64,000 bases of DNA. Origin: a virus. The stretch lies in IMG/VR virus record IMGVR_UViG_3300023179_000011, positions 64,001 to 128,000 of that record. One strand, written 5' to 3'. The notes beneath the pieces were generated by a model. It saw only the letters and a list, made by a program, of their open reading frames with translations. It searched no databases and was not told the origin of the DNA. A program made the translations under genes and the position numbers. Shown in pieces: positions 16,114 to 26,055 of this stretch; positions within the stretch are counted from its first letter, which is position 1; every line of letters starts with the position of its first letter.

Positions 16114-16188
16114 GTTCTGACCGTGTAGCCGGGAGTCACATCAGCCGCCATAAGACGATTAGATGTGTCCCGACTACACAGTCAGAAC
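16114..16188 (-). other. Long intergenic RNA hairpin (~27 bp)
   Basis: GTTCTGAC-T-GTGTAG-T-CGGGA-CACATC ... GATGTG-AC-TCCCG-G-CTACAC-G-GTCAGAAC; the two irregular pairs are U.G wobbles only on the minus strand. Confidence 0.65.
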
Positions 16189-16198
16189 ACGCCGGCGA

Positions 16199-16573
16199 TC
16201 AGTCGCCAGCGGTGCAAGCAAGGTACGCATGATAGCGTGCTATTTCCTCAATGTTAGGATCGATCTCTTTAAACACCGGCTCATCCTCCATAGTAGCCAG
16301 CTCACCTCGAAACATCGCGGTTGTATATTCGTGATACAGCCGTGCCATATCTCCGCGAAGTTTCTTCTTGGTGAATTTAAGCACGCGTGCCTTCAGAAAG
16401 GCGGCGCGTTCCCAGAAGTTCGGTAGCTCATCCAGCGTGTCCCGAAACTTCTCTGCAGTTTTCTCAAAAAGTTTATGCGCCCGATCAGGAACAATCTGAA
16501 ACTCAGGCGCTGTCTTCTTGCATCGAGAGGTGACTGCAAGGCGGATTTTCTCCGCCGGGGGCGAAAGAAGCAT
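16199..16573 (-). CDS. Hypothetical protein
   Basis: 124-aa helical ORF with ACGGAG RBS. Confidence 0.7.
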   Translation of the reverse strand: MLLSPPAEKIRLAVTSRCKKTAPEFQIVPDRAHKLFEKTAEKFRDTLDELPNFWERAAFLKARVLKFTKKKLRGDMARLYHEYTTAMFRGELATMEDEPVFKEIDPNIEEIARYHAYLACTAGD

Positions 16574-16753
16574 GCGTTAACTCCGTTGTAACGCGGTCGA
16601 GAAGGGCCGCTAATACGATATAGCAGCGACAATAAATATGCCGCGTTTTTGGCAAAAATTTAGCCGCTATTCGGAGTTCGCGAATTGCGAAAGTGCCTGT
16701 CATTGCAGGACTTACGGCGCAATAAGTCATGTTCTGGAAAATGGAAAATGCAA

Positions 16754-16832
16754 CCGCCGCCGCGCGCTGCCTGAGAGCCTGAAGCCCGCGGGTCACGTGG
16801 TACGTGACCCTTCAGCAGTCGCAGGACGGCGG
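16754..16832. other. Extended imperfect hairpin in a ~290-nt intergenic region
   Basis: Core GGGTCACG-TGGTA-CGTGACCC flanked by CTGAA/TTCAG and CCGCCG/CGGCGG. Confidence 0.45.
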
Positions 16833-16862
16833 AAGATCGTAACCTACGCGTGGCAGGTGCGG

Positions 16863-17168
16863 CTAGAAGGTTAGCTGGACAACTTGGCCACCGGCGTTCA
16901 CATAGATGACACGCACTTTTTTAGCGTCCAGCAGCGATTTGAGCTGTGTCTTTTTTTCGCTACTCATACCGGCAAGGCACGATTTAATCTGCGCCATTGC
17001 GTTACGGCGCCTTTCTTGGCGTTTGTGGGCACACGCGCTGCAGCCGCCAGACTCATTACTTTTGAGGATTTCTCTCTTGTTGTAAAAACACGGGATCGAT
17101 TCGGAGTACGTAGGGTCGTTCAGTAATGATATTATTGTGCTGTCTTCTAGCACTACCATGTCGCGCAT
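16863..17168 (-). CDS. Small CxxC protein, likely paralog of 17983-18339
   Basis: Start re-called to MRDMVVLE (GAGGT RBS); GGCSAC motif. Confidence 0.7.
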   Translation of the reverse strand: MRDMVVLEDSTIISLLNDPTYSESIPCFYNKREILKSNESGGCSACAHKRQERRRNAMAQIKSCLAGMSSEKKTQLKSLLDAKKVRVIYVNAGGQVVQLTF

Positions 17169-17175
17169 ATAGACC

Positions 17176-17706
17176 TCACGGGGACGGCGCTTGTTCGGGC
17201 GGCGTTCCAATCCACAGTTCGCCGGCCGGGAGCAGGGTGTCTGCGACATCCAAAGTGGACTTGAGCCGCTGCACGTCGTCAATAACTTCTTCAATAAACG
17301 CTTTGACTTCTGCGCGCGAGCGAAGCAGCACGTCGACATAATCTAACCGAAACCATGCCGGGCGGTAATTTGGGATCGGGTCGTCTTCTGGGTACTCTTC
17401 GAGGTCTGTCGGCGAGCAGACGTGATCAAATGCGCCTACTCGTTCGTTTGCGCCGGGTTTGAGCGGCAGCATTTGGTAGGCAAAGATCTTTGTCGGCATC
17501 TGTGTCGCGTTACTAGCTGTGATTCGCACCCGGATGCCGTCTGTTGTCTCGTAGTTATATCTGCTGACCTGCCACGTTAATTTGACGTTACGCTCGCTTC
17601 CGGTCGGTGGCGGCGGGTCTATTTCAGGAATGTAGAAATTCAACCCCAGCGTGTCCGGCAGCTGAATTGGTTCTTCTTGTGGGCCCTGTGAGCAGCAATC
17701 TGTCAT
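17176..17706 (-). CDS. Hypothetical protein, probably virion-associated
   Basis: Beta-rich 176-aa ORF at the end of the tail-fibre operon. Confidence 0.65.
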   Translation of the reverse strand: MTDCCSQGPQEEPIQLPDTLGLNFYIPEIDPPPPTGSERNVKLTWQVSRYNYETTDGIRVRITASNATQMPTKIFAYQMLPLKPGANERVGAFDHVCSPTDLEEYPEDDPIPNYRPAWFRLDYVDVLLRSRAEVKAFIEEVIDDVQRLKSTLDVADTLLPAGELWIGTPPEQAPSP

Positions 17707-17707
17707 G

Positions 17708-17986
17708 TTATTCTTGCTCCGGTAATACGATAGCTGTGATGTTTACTGGTCCAGGCGTTGTCGATCGCACATAAGCGAGCGCTAAACCTTCATTGTCGGT
17801 CGGACCGGGTTGTGTGATCTGCGCTGTTTCAACATCAGCAGAAATTTCAACTTGTCGTCCGGGTACTGGGCGGTCGCAGTCATCGCGTAAACGGATTTTG
17901 ACGACGGCTGCTTTTGTGCCGTTTGCCAGTACTTGCGGTTTTGACCCGTACAAGATTTTGGAGTTTTGCGGACTAACGTAGCTCAT
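17708..17986 (-). CDS. Big-1 (invasin/intimin-type) Ig-like domain protein
   Basis: VLANG..AAVVKIRLRD....PVPG..V.......GPTD..G.A...V.ST.PG.V.ITA; ATGA coupling at 17983-17986. Confidence 0.7.
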   Translation of the reverse strand: MSYVSPQNSKILYGSKPQVLANGTKAAVVKIRLRDDCDRPVPGRQVEISADVETAQITQPGPTDNEGLALAYVRSTTPGPVNITAIVLPEQE

Positions 17987-18339
17987 GGAAACACATACCG
18001 TGCGGGCGTCGATGAATTTGGCGGTACGTAATAGATTGTAACTTTTGTGTTTGCGATGTCGTCTGCTTTTGCGACATATCGCACAAATTGATGCACGATT
18101 TCCGGGTTCGTTGTTTTGGCTTCTTCTAGCGTGTTGATAAACGTTGATATACATTTGAACAGCAGATTTGTATCAGCGCGGCACCGGCAACCTTGTTTTT
18201 TTGCCGACTCTTCAAACGCCGCGCGGCACGCATCCATTGATTCTTTTACCGATATCAGCTGCGGATTTTTTTCAAAAAAATCGGGTTGCGCCACCATGTG
18301 CATGATGTTGTCGCGCGAAATAGAAACCATGCGTGTCAT
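17983..18339 (-). CDS. Small Cys-containing protein, likely paralog of 16863-17168
   Basis: 118-aa ORF with a GCRC motif. Confidence 0.65.
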   Translation of the reverse strand: MTRMVSISRDNIMHMVAQPDFFEKNPQLISVKESMDACRAAFEESAKKQGCRCRADTNLLFKCISTFINTLEEAKTTNPEIVHQFVRYVAKADDIANTKVTIYYVPPNSSTPARYVFP

Positions 18340-18393
18340 TTTTTTTTCTTCCGTTGCCGTTTGGTCGTATTCTAATCGGTCTGAAAAAAAATG

Positions 18394-19431
18394 CTACGAC
18401 ACTGATGTAGCTGCGTTTTTAATTGCTGCGCGAAGTTGTGCGTTTGTTGCAATTTCAACTAGTAGCTGCGCGAGCGTTAATTCACCAGACGGACCAGTTG
18501 GACCTGTCGGGCCCATGTTTCCGCACGGACCGGTAGCGCCGGCTGGCCCGATCGCGCCAGTTACACCAGTTGCGCCGGTCGGTCCTGTTATACCGATGGG
18601 CCCTGTAACGCCGGTCTGTCCCTTCGGTCCGGTAGATCCGGTGTCGCCTTTTAAACCTCTATTACCTTGCGGGCCGGTAGCTCCTTGCGCGCCCTGCGGT
18701 CCTTGCGTGCCTTGCGGTCCTTGCGGGCCCATCAAACCCTGCGCGCCCATCAAACCCTGTAAACCACGCAGACCCTGTAAACCCTGATCACCTTTCGGGC
18801 CCGTGGCTCCGCGAGCGCCAGATGGCCCTGTTGAGCCGGTAGGCCCTGATGCTCCGGTTGGGCCTGTTTGGCCTTTGGCGCCTGTCGGGCCCGTGACGCC
18901 GGTTTGGCCTTTCATGCCTGTAGCGCCGGTATCACCTTTAAAGCCGCGCAGACCGGTGGCGCCTGTGGGCCCCGTATGGCCGGTCGGGCCAGATGCGCCT
19001 GTCGGGCCGGTCTGCCCTTTAATTCCTGTTGGCCCAGAAGGCCCTGTTGGGCCTGTAGGGCCTGTTTGACCTTTAGGGCCGCTAGGACCCGTTAAACCAG
19101 TTGCGCCGGTCTGTCCGGTGGGCCCAGAGGGCCCTACTGGGCCTGTAAGCCCGGTTTGACCTCTAAGCCCGGTCTGGCCCGTTGCGCCGACTGGGCCTGC
19201 CGGGCCGGTAGAGCCTCTGTCTCCTTTGTCGCCTTTGTCTCCCTTAAGTCCCTGCGGACCGACGGGACCTCTTGGGCCTTGCGGGCCAACAGGGCCTGCG
19301 GGGCCCGCAGGACCCTCCGGGCCAGCCGGGCCGGGCGGGCATACGCCACAATCACCGCTGCCAACGGCTAATACTGGGCCGGCGTATGGCTCCATTTGAA
19401 TTTCGTCGTTATTTTTTTGTTCGTCGGCCAT
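18394..19431 (-). CDS. Collagen-like tail fibre (roughly 90-95 G-X-Y triplets)
   Basis: Continuous GPT/GAT/GQT/GDK triplets with short non-collagen ends. Confidence 0.9.
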   Translation of the reverse strand: MADEQKNNDEIQMEPYAGPVLAVGSGDCGVCPPGPAGPEGPAGPAGPVGPQGPRGPVGPQGLKGDKGDKGDRGSTGPAGPVGATGQTGLRGQTGLTGPVGPSGPTGQTGATGLTGPSGPKGQTGPTGPTGPSGPTGIKGQTGPTGASGPTGHTGPTGATGLRGFKGDTGATGMKGQTGVTGPTGAKGQTGPTGASGPTGSTGPSGARGATGPKGDQGLQGLRGLQGLMGAQGLMGPQGPQGTQGPQGAQGATGPQGNRGLKGDTGSTGPKGQTGVTGPIGITGPTGATGVTGAIGPAGATGPCGNMGPTGPTGPSGELTLAQLLVEIATNAQLRAAIKNAATSVS

Positions 19432-19434
19432 GGT

Positions 19435-22400
19435 TTAGTTATTTATTGCGGCGCGGAGGGCGTTGCGTAAGCCGCTGTTAGTGTTGAGTTGATTAATGAA
19501 CTCGTTTAAAAACGCTGCCGTTTTCACAAGCTCTGCGGGGTTGATTACAATCGCGCCATTAATTTCTGTGTTTGTGGCTGTAATGGTGCCCGAGCCAAGC
19601 GTGTTTGGCGTAAATTGAATTATACCGCCGGCGGGTATAACTCCTGTCGCGCCGACAGGGCCTGCTGGCCCGGTTGCGCCGGTATTACCGCACGGACCTG
19701 TTGCGCCGCTGGGGCCCGTTGCGCCTGTAATACCCGTGGGTCCTGTTACGCCAGTTGCGCCTGTTATGCCTTGTAACCCAGTTGGACCACGCGGACCTGT
19801 TGGACCGGCTAAACCGCGTAAACCGCTAATACCAGTCGCGCCCTTCGCGCCGGTAGCGCCAGCGACGCCAGTCGGGCCCGTAACGCCAGTTTGCCCACGT
19901 GGTCCTGTTGCGCCGGCAACACCTGTTGCGCCGGTGGGTCCGCTGGGGCCGGTGATACCGGTTGGGCCGAGCGGGCCTGTTTGCCCGCGTACACCAGACG
20001 GCCCTGTCGGTCCTGCTTCGCCGCGAGGGCCCGTCGAACCGCGTTGACCAGCTACACCCGTAGCGCCCGGAAGACCTGTTACGCCGGTTTGACCGCGCGG
20101 ACCGGTAGCGCCTACTACACCAGTTGGACCGGTGGCGCCGGCCATGCCGGTTGGTCCCGACGCTCCAGTTGGACCTGTTTGACCTTTGACGCCTGTAGCG
20201 CCGGTCTGACCTGTTGGACCGGTCGGGCCCGTTTGCCCGCGAGCACCCGACGGGCCAGTTAAACCCGTAACGCCGGTTTGCCCGCGCGGGCCAGACATAC
20301 CCGTCGAACCCTTTTCGCCTGTGTCGCCTTTGTCTCCCTTCAGCCCGCGTTGGCCTGTTAAACCAATTGGACCCTGTGGACCTGTAACACCAATAGGTCC
20401 ACGCGCGCCGACAGGGCCAGTTACGCCGGTTACACCAGTGTCGCCTTTGTCGCCTTTATCGCCCGTGTTACCTTTCTCGCCACGGTCGCCTTGATCTCCT
20501 TTATCTCCTTTGCAACCTTGCGGCCCTGTTGCCCCTGTTTGGCCAATTACACCTTGCGGACCAATAATACTTACACCAGTAGCGCCCACCGGCCCGGCCA
20601 CGCCGGTCATGCCGGTTACACCCTTTTCGCCCCTTTCGCCGCGCTCTCCTTTTTCGCCGGGCACGCCATCGCCGCCGGCAGGACCCGCCGGGCCCATGAG
20701 GCCGGGCACTCCCGGGAAACCCTGCAGACCGCGCGGACCAGTAGCGCCCGGATCGCCCTTGTCGCCCTTATCGCCTTTAGGCCCCTGCGGACCGGGTACA
20801 CCGCCACCGCCGCCACCTGTCGGGCAGTCTGTAGCGTTTAGGTTTATTTCTCCGCTTATTTGGTTGCCTTGAATTTTGAGAAATCCATTCCCAACTGTCG
20901 TGCCGCCGGCTCGGACGGTTATGTCGCCTGCCGTTAACGCATTAACCTCCAAACTGCCATTAATAATGTAGTAACAAATACCAGACGCAGTATTCGATAT
21001 GACCTCGATTTTTGCGCTTTTAATTGGCGTATAACTGTCGCCGTACGACGCACCCCCGCCCGACACAGAAAAGGACCCACCCTGTATTACCGGACAATCC
21101 GTCAGCGCCCTGACAGAGACGTAAGACGCGATTGAATACGAGCACTCATCAAGCTGCGAAATAACAGTTTGAATTTTATTCGGTAGATTTGGTCCAGACG
21201 CAACCCCACCACCACTGCTCGAAATTCGCGTTACGCACGGTTTAGGAATTTGAAGATCGAGGAACAGTTCGATTGCGCACGAGTCGCCCGAACTGGATAC
21301 GCCGCCAGTGAATGAACCACTCGGGCTTGACGAGGCCGAGACTGTTTGCAAATTTAAAACGGCGCTAACAGTCGGGCACGGCGGTCGCGGAATTTTAACG
21401 TAAAGATCAAACGTGATATCAAAGTTACACTGCGGCGGAGAATTTGATCCGCTATTAATCTGATGGTTTGGTGTAACTTGAAATATGAGATTTGACTCAG
21501 GGCAGTCGTACCCGACGCAAATATTGCTGTTCGTTGTGATAATCGGACACGGCGGCCGCGGGTAGTCAATATCTACGTTGATATCAAAAATGTAAGTGCA
21601 TGACCCCGGATCATTGCATGACGGAGGACTTTCTATTTTGATAACTTGGAATGACGACGGACCGCGCGGGCTGGGTGCGTCTGAATAATGCCCCGAGGCT
21701 GTACCCAGAATGCTGATCTCGGGGCACTTCGGGCGCGGAATTGGAACGAGTATTTCCAGCTCGATTTCAAAATCGCATGTTTCTGGCTGATCGCAACCGC
21801 TGGCTGGCGTCGTAGTTTTTGTGATAGAAAATTTTGACGAGCCGGATACGCACGATGAACCCGCAAAACCTGTTTTTACGTTAAACGATTTAGACGTAAG
21901 AGAGATACACGGCGGCGCGGGAATTGGAACAACGATCTCTAACTCAACGTCAAAAGCACATTGCGTAGGGTTGTCGCAGTCGCCGGGCGTTATCGTCGGC
22001 GTAATCTCAAACCTATTTTCCTTACCAGCAACGCAATAAGAGTCTGAATATCCGCTGTTAACCTCAAACGTTTTGATGTTTATTTCGGGGCATGGTGGCT
22101 GCGGTATCGGTATGACCAGATTGAGATCAAAATCAAAATCACACGTGTCAGGCGTGTTGCAACTGCCGGGCGTTACAGTCGATGTAATTTTGAAAGTAGA
22201 TTCTTCAGACAACGAACACGTCTGATTTAATAACACTGTTTTTACAGACAGTGTTGGCGCGTTTAATGTCGGGCACGGAGTGCGCGGGATTGGTACGGCG
22301 ATCTCTAGATTGAAATCAAACTCACACTTGTCCGGTGTGTTGCAGTCGCCCGGGGTAATTTTTGTGGTGATTTCAAACAAATTCTCCCCAATACAATCAT

Positions 22401-24240
22401 CGCCGCCGTCACTAAAACCACTCGTGACTTTAAACGTCGGCGAGTTCAGTATTGGGCACGGCGGCTTAGGAATCGGAATCAGGATCTCTAGATTGAAATC
22501 AAACTCACACGTGTCTGGCGTGTTGCAATCACCCGGAGTGATTGTCGTAATGATTTCAAACTTATTTTCGCCCGTTAAACAGTTGTCTCCGTCATAGCCG
22601 CTGGTAACTTTAAACGTCGGCGAGTTCAGTATTGGGCACGGCGGCTTAGGAATCGGGATGAGGATTTCCAGATTGAAATCAAACTCACATTTATCCGGCG
22701 TGTTGCAATCACCCGGAGTGATTGTCGTAATGATTTCAAACTTATTCTCGCCCGTTAAACAGTTGTCTCCGTCATAGCCGCTGGTAACTTTAAACGTCGG
22801 TGAATTAAGTATTGGGCACGGCGGCTTAGGAATCGGAATCAGGATCTCTAGATTGAAATCGTATTCGCACGTATCTAATGTGTTGCAGTCGCCGGGCGTG
22901 ACTGTCGTAATGATTTCAAACTTATTCTCGCCCGTTAAACAGTTGTCGCCGTCGTAACCGCTGGTGACTTTAAATGTTGGCGGGTTTAACGTCGGGCATA
23001 CTGGCCGCGGGATTGGAATGAAAATTTCCAGATTGAAATCAAACTCACACGTGTCTGGCGTGTTGCAATCACCCGGCGTGATTGTGGTGATGATTTCAAA
23101 CTTGTTTTCGCCAGTAAGACACGCTTTGTTGTCATATGCGCCATCGTAGCCGCTGGTAACTTTAAACGTCGGCGAGTTCAGTATCGGGCACGGTGGTTTT
23201 GGAATTGGAATCAGGATCTCTAGATTGAAATCAAACTCACACGTGTCCGGCGTGTTGCAATCGCCCGGCGTGATTGTGGTAATGACTTCAAACTTGTTTT
23301 CGCCCGTAAGGCACCCATCACCGTCGTAACCGCTGGTGACTTTAAAGACAGGAATATTAATCAGCGGGCACTGCGGGCGCGGGATCGGCACCAGTATTTC
23401 AATTTCAACGTCAAAGGCGCACTGGTCTGGAGTGTTGCAGTCGCCCGGGATGTGAGACGTTGTGATACTGGCGTAATTACGCTTGTCTACGAGACAACCG
23501 TCGCCTTCATAGCCACTATCAACTGTGAACGTTTTAAGGTTGATGATAGGGCACGGCGGGCGCGGGATCGGAACCGAAATCTCAACGTCAAACTCAAAGC
23601 GGCACTGATCCGCGGTGTCGCAGTCGCCGGGTGTGATTACCGGGTCAATTACGAACTTGTTTTGTTTGTTTTGCATGCAGGTTGAGTCTGCATACCCGGA
23701 ATTCACCGAAAAAGTGCGCGTAACAATGTCTGGGCACGGAGTGCGCGGGATTGGAATTTTTACGTCGCAATCAATGATGAACTCGCACTGATCTTGCGTT
23801 TCGCAATCACCGGGCGTGATGTTCGGCGTTATACGAATAACGCTGTTTTGCGTTAAACAATCTTGATACCCAACTTCAACGCCAAACTCGCCCGCAGTGA
23901 TCGTAGTGCAGGGGGCTCGCGGAACCTGCACGTTCACGTCAAGTGCGACGTCGTACTTACACGGATCTACGTCGCGCCGATCGATCTTCAGTTCTATTTT
24001 TGACTCGTTGCAGCCGTTGTCTTGGCCCGACAACGAAACACCTAGCGTTGTATCTGTCAAAAAAACAGGACATTTGTTGCCGACTTCTGTTGGCGGCTCG
24101 CGCGCGATGACGGGCGCCGTGCAGCCGAAGATCGGCGGCGGCAGCGGCATAATCTCGCACACCGACGAAATAAAATCGAACTCGACTTTTGGTGTCGGTT
24201 CGATCGGGCACGACGAGTTTTCAAACAGATTCTTCGACAT
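19435..24240 (-). CDS. Large fibre protein: ~15 Cys-rich ~60-aa repeats followed by a collagen domain (roughly 125-130 triplets)
   Basis: Repeat PCP..N...F.V.SGY.G..C......F.I...ITPGDC...D.C.F.F.LEI.IPIP, then a G-X-Y tract at ~19640-20800; start re-called to MSKNLF. Confidence 0.88.
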   Translation of the reverse strand: MSKNLFENSSCPIEPTPKVEFDFISSVCEIMPLPPPIFGCTAPVIAREPPTEVGNKCPVFLTDTTLGVSLSGQDNGCNESKIELKIDRRDVDPCKYDVALDVNVQVPRAPCTTITAGEFGVEVGYQDCLTQNSVIRITPNITPGDCETQDQCEFIIDCDVKIPIPRTPCPDIVTRTFSVNSGYADSTCMQNKQNKFVIDPVITPGDCDTADQCRFEFDVEISVPIPRPPCPIINLKTFTVDSGYEGDGCLVDKRNYASITTSHIPGDCNTPDQCAFDVEIEILVPIPRPQCPLINIPVFKVTSGYDGDGCLTGENKFEVITTITPGDCNTPDTCEFDFNLEILIPIPKPPCPILNSPTFKVTSGYDGAYDNKACLTGENKFEIITTITPGDCNTPDTCEFDFNLEIFIPIPRPVCPTLNPPTFKVTSGYDGDNCLTGENKFEIITTVTPGDCNTLDTCEYDFNLEILIPIPKPPCPILNSPTFKVTSGYDGDNCLTGENKFEIITTITPGDCNTPDKCEFDFNLEILIPIPKPPCPILNSPTFKVTSGYDGDNCLTGENKFEIITTITPGDCNTPDTCEFDFNLEILIPIPKPPCPILNSPTFKVTSGFSDGGDDCIGENLFEITTKITPGDCNTPDKCEFDFNLEIAVPIPRTPCPTLNAPTLSVKTVLLNQTCSLSEESTFKITSTVTPGSCNTPDTCDFDFDLNLVIPIPQPPCPEINIKTFEVNSGYSDSYCVAGKENRFEITPTITPGDCDNPTQCAFDVELEIVVPIPAPPCISLTSKSFNVKTGFAGSSCVSGSSKFSITKTTTPASGCDQPETCDFEIELEILVPIPRPKCPEISILGTASGHYSDAPSPRGPSSFQVIKIESPPSCNDPGSCTYIFDINVDIDYPRPPCPIITTNSNICVGYDCPESNLIFQVTPNHQINSGSNSPPQCNFDITFDLYVKIPRPPCPTVSAVLNLQTVSASSSPSGSFTGGVSSSGDSCAIELFLDLQIPKPCVTRISSSGGGVASGPNLPNKIQTVISQLDECSYSIASYVSVRALTDCPVIQGGSFSVSGGGASYGDSYTPIKSAKIEVISNTASGICYYIINGSLEVNALTAGDITVRAGGTTVGNGFLKIQGNQISGEINLNATDCPTGGGGGGVPGPQGPKGDKGDKGDPGATGPRGLQGFPGVPGLMGPAGPAGGDGVPGEKGERGERGEKGVTGMTGVAGPVGATGVSIIGPQGVIGQTGATGPQGCKGDKGDQGDRGEKGNTGDKGDKGDTGVTGVTGPVGARGPIGVTGPQGPIGLTGQRGLKGDKGDTGEKGSTGMSGPRGQTGVTGLTGPSGARGQTGPTGPTGQTGATGVKGQTGPTGASGPTGMAGATGPTGVVGATGPRGQTGVTGLPGATGVAGQRGSTGPRGEAGPTGPSGVRGQTGPLGPTGITGPSGPTGATGVAGATGPRGQTGVTGPTGVAGATGAKGATGISGLRGLAGPTGPRGPTGLQGITGATGVTGPTGITGATGPSGATGPCGNTGATGPAGPVGATGVIPAGGIIQFTPNTLGSGTITATNTEINGAIVINPAELVKTAAFLNEFINQLNTNSGLRNALRAAINN
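21240..24078 (-). repeat. Coding tandem repeat with a ~180-nt period and near-identical central copies
   Basis: Near-identical segments begin at 22441, 22621 and 22801; copies diverge toward both ends. Confidence 0.9.
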
Positions 24241-24241
24241 G

Positions 24242-25255
24242 TTATGTGCAGGTGTTTTGTGCGTTTGGTTTTTTCTGCACGACGAGCGCGCCGTCATCGT
24301 TTATTAAAATGTTTACCCCCGGACCGCCGATGATGTTCACATTTGGCCCGCCCAAGCCGTTGATCGTTGAAATCAGTTGATTGCACGCAGGTCCGCCGCT
24401 GAAAAAACCTGTTACTTCATCAAACGGTTCATCTGGATATAGCGGTACTTCGCTTCCGTGTTGGCACAGTTCACTGGTGTTAGTGGCAACGCCTGCGCCA
24501 ACGGCGGCAGTAATTAAAAGTTCTTTGGACCTATCAGTTTGTGTAATTAGGCAGTTATAACCTTCCTTCAAACGAATGTCGCCCTTTAAACAGCGCGCGT
24601 TTAAAACAATCGGGCGGTCGTTGTTCGTCCCGGTGACGTCGCACGGGGGAACTTTTACGCGCTCATAGTTTCCGAGGCTTATGGACCGTAAATAACCTTT
24701 GTCTAGATTTTGAATCAATGCTGGTTCGATTTGATATGCGTTCTGGATAAATTGCGTGCTCGCAGCAGCCGGAAGGCTCGACAAATTACTTGTGGCTAAA
24801 AATCCCGACCATACGGGTTCAGTGGCGCACGGATTATCAGGTTCTGGCACGGACTCGGCGTAGTCGTTTACCCACTCGGCTGTGGCCGCGTCGCGAAAAA
24901 AAGAAAGTGTGATGGGGGTGGCGTTTGTTTTGAATACAAACTCAAACGTGGAACCCGTTTTATTGATTGCGGATAGCCAAATAGAATGCTGATTAGGATC
25001 AAAGCGCGCGTCGAGGCCCATAATGAAACCAGCGTCAACGATTACACTATTTTGAATAGTGGGCGTTGTGTTTGTTGTTTCAACGTATGTTTGCCCAGTC
25101 CAATAATATTTTTTATCTGTGTCGCGGGTTATGTACACAGCTTTTTTAAGGCCGACAACAGGTAACTCAGCGTACGCAGACACGATCACGGTGTCTTTGT
25201 GCACGAACGGATACGCGCGATACTCGTTGTCGTTATAAAAACCCGGACGCGGCAT
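24242..25255 (-). CDS. Tail-tip/baseplate-associated paralog 1 (N..R.YP family)
   Basis: [13 protein letters not shown]-terminus and [12 protein letters not shown]-terminal motif. Confidence 0.7.
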   Translation of the reverse strand: MPRPGFYNDNEYRAYPFVHKDTVIVSAYAELPVVGLKKAVYITRDTDKKYYWTGQTYVETTNTTPTIQNSVIVDAGFIMGLDARFDPNQHSIWLSAINKTGSTFEFVFKTNATPITLSFFRDAATAEWVNDYAESVPEPDNPCATEPVWSGFLATSNLSSLPAAASTQFIQNAYQIEPALIQNLDKGYLRSISLGNYERVKVPPCDVTGTNNDRPIVLNARCLKGDIRLKEGYNCLITQTDRSKELLITAAVGAGVATNTSELCQHGSEVPLYPDEPFDEVTGFFSGGPACNQLISTINGLGGPNVNIIGGPGVNILINDDGALVVQKKPNAQNTCT

Positions 25256-26055
25256 TACAAAATACTCCGACCAGCAGTATCGATCACGAGCGCGCCGTTG
25301 TCGACATATACACGTAACACAGCATCTGGCGCAAACCTGTTTGACGCTGTTATTGTGAAGTTTCCAAAATCATCTGCGGAACAACCATTGATTGTTGCGG
25401 AACAACCATTGATTGTTTTCAAAAAGCGCTTCGTCGGAAAGTCCTCGCTTTTTGGTTCACAGATTGCTCGTTTGAACAGCGGCACGCCAACGATGTCAAA
25501 TCGCACGATGTTTGTGCCGTCGAGTCTTACTACCACGCCTTGATCGCCAATTAACCAAACATCGCCGGTCATCAGTTGTTTTGTTTCTGGTTGTAAGGCT
25601 CTAACGCCCGGCTCGTTTGCGGGTATGCTTACGCTGGCGACAAACTCAGTCTGCGTGCGTGTAAACTCATACGTGCCAATTTCCCAAGAAGAAAAAAGTG
25701 CGAGAGCAGCGGGTGTAGATAGCAATACACCGCCCGGTCGACCGTAGACGTCGACAAAATTTAACACGCCGTCTTCTGGCGGTTGTAGCGGGTTGTACGT
25801 TGCCGACAACCGATTAGTTAAATCATCGTCGCCAATAATAATAGTGATTGTCTGCGTCGCGATGTCGATTGCTGATATAAACGTTCTTGCGCCGCCGCCG
25901 ATAGCAAAAAAACTAGCGTCCAAAAATGTGTCTGCCGCGATTTGAATTGTCGCGTTTGTGGTGTTTCGCAATGTTGCAGTGTCGGCAAACGGATAGCGTG
26001 ACGCGCGTTGCTCGTCGCGAAACTCGGGAAATAGAATGCGCGCGCTGCTCATCAC
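25255..26055 (-). CDS. Tail-tip paralog 2
   Basis: FRDEQRASRYPF ... KTINGCSATINGCSADDFGNF. Confidence 0.7.
   Translation of the reverse strand: MMSSARILFPEFRDEQRASRYPFADTATLRNTTNATIQIAADTFLDASFFAIGGGARTFISAIDIATQTITIIIGDDDLTNRLSATYNPLQPPEDGVLNFVDVYGRPGGVLLSTPAALALFSSWEIGTYEFTRTQTEFVASVSIPANEPGVRALQPETKQLMTGDVWLIGDQGVVVRLDGTNIVRFDIVGVPLFKRAICEPKSEDFPTKRFLKTINGCSATINGCSADDFGNFTITASNRFAPDAVLRVYVDNGALVIDTAGRSIL

Noticed and set aside
16610-16625. TAATACGATATAG resembling a T7 promoter
   Set aside because: It lacks the CTCAC core, and no single-subunit RNA polymerase is in view; probably chance.
18100-20870. Pro/Gly-rich plus-strand ORFs over the collagen genes
   Set aside because: Antisense shadows of G-X-Y codons.
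22260-23380. Regular ~180-nt repeats as a CRISPR array or DGR template/variable pair
   Set aside because: The repeats are whole in-frame coding units without unique spacers; differences are not adenine-specific, and no cas or reverse transcriptase gene is in the window.
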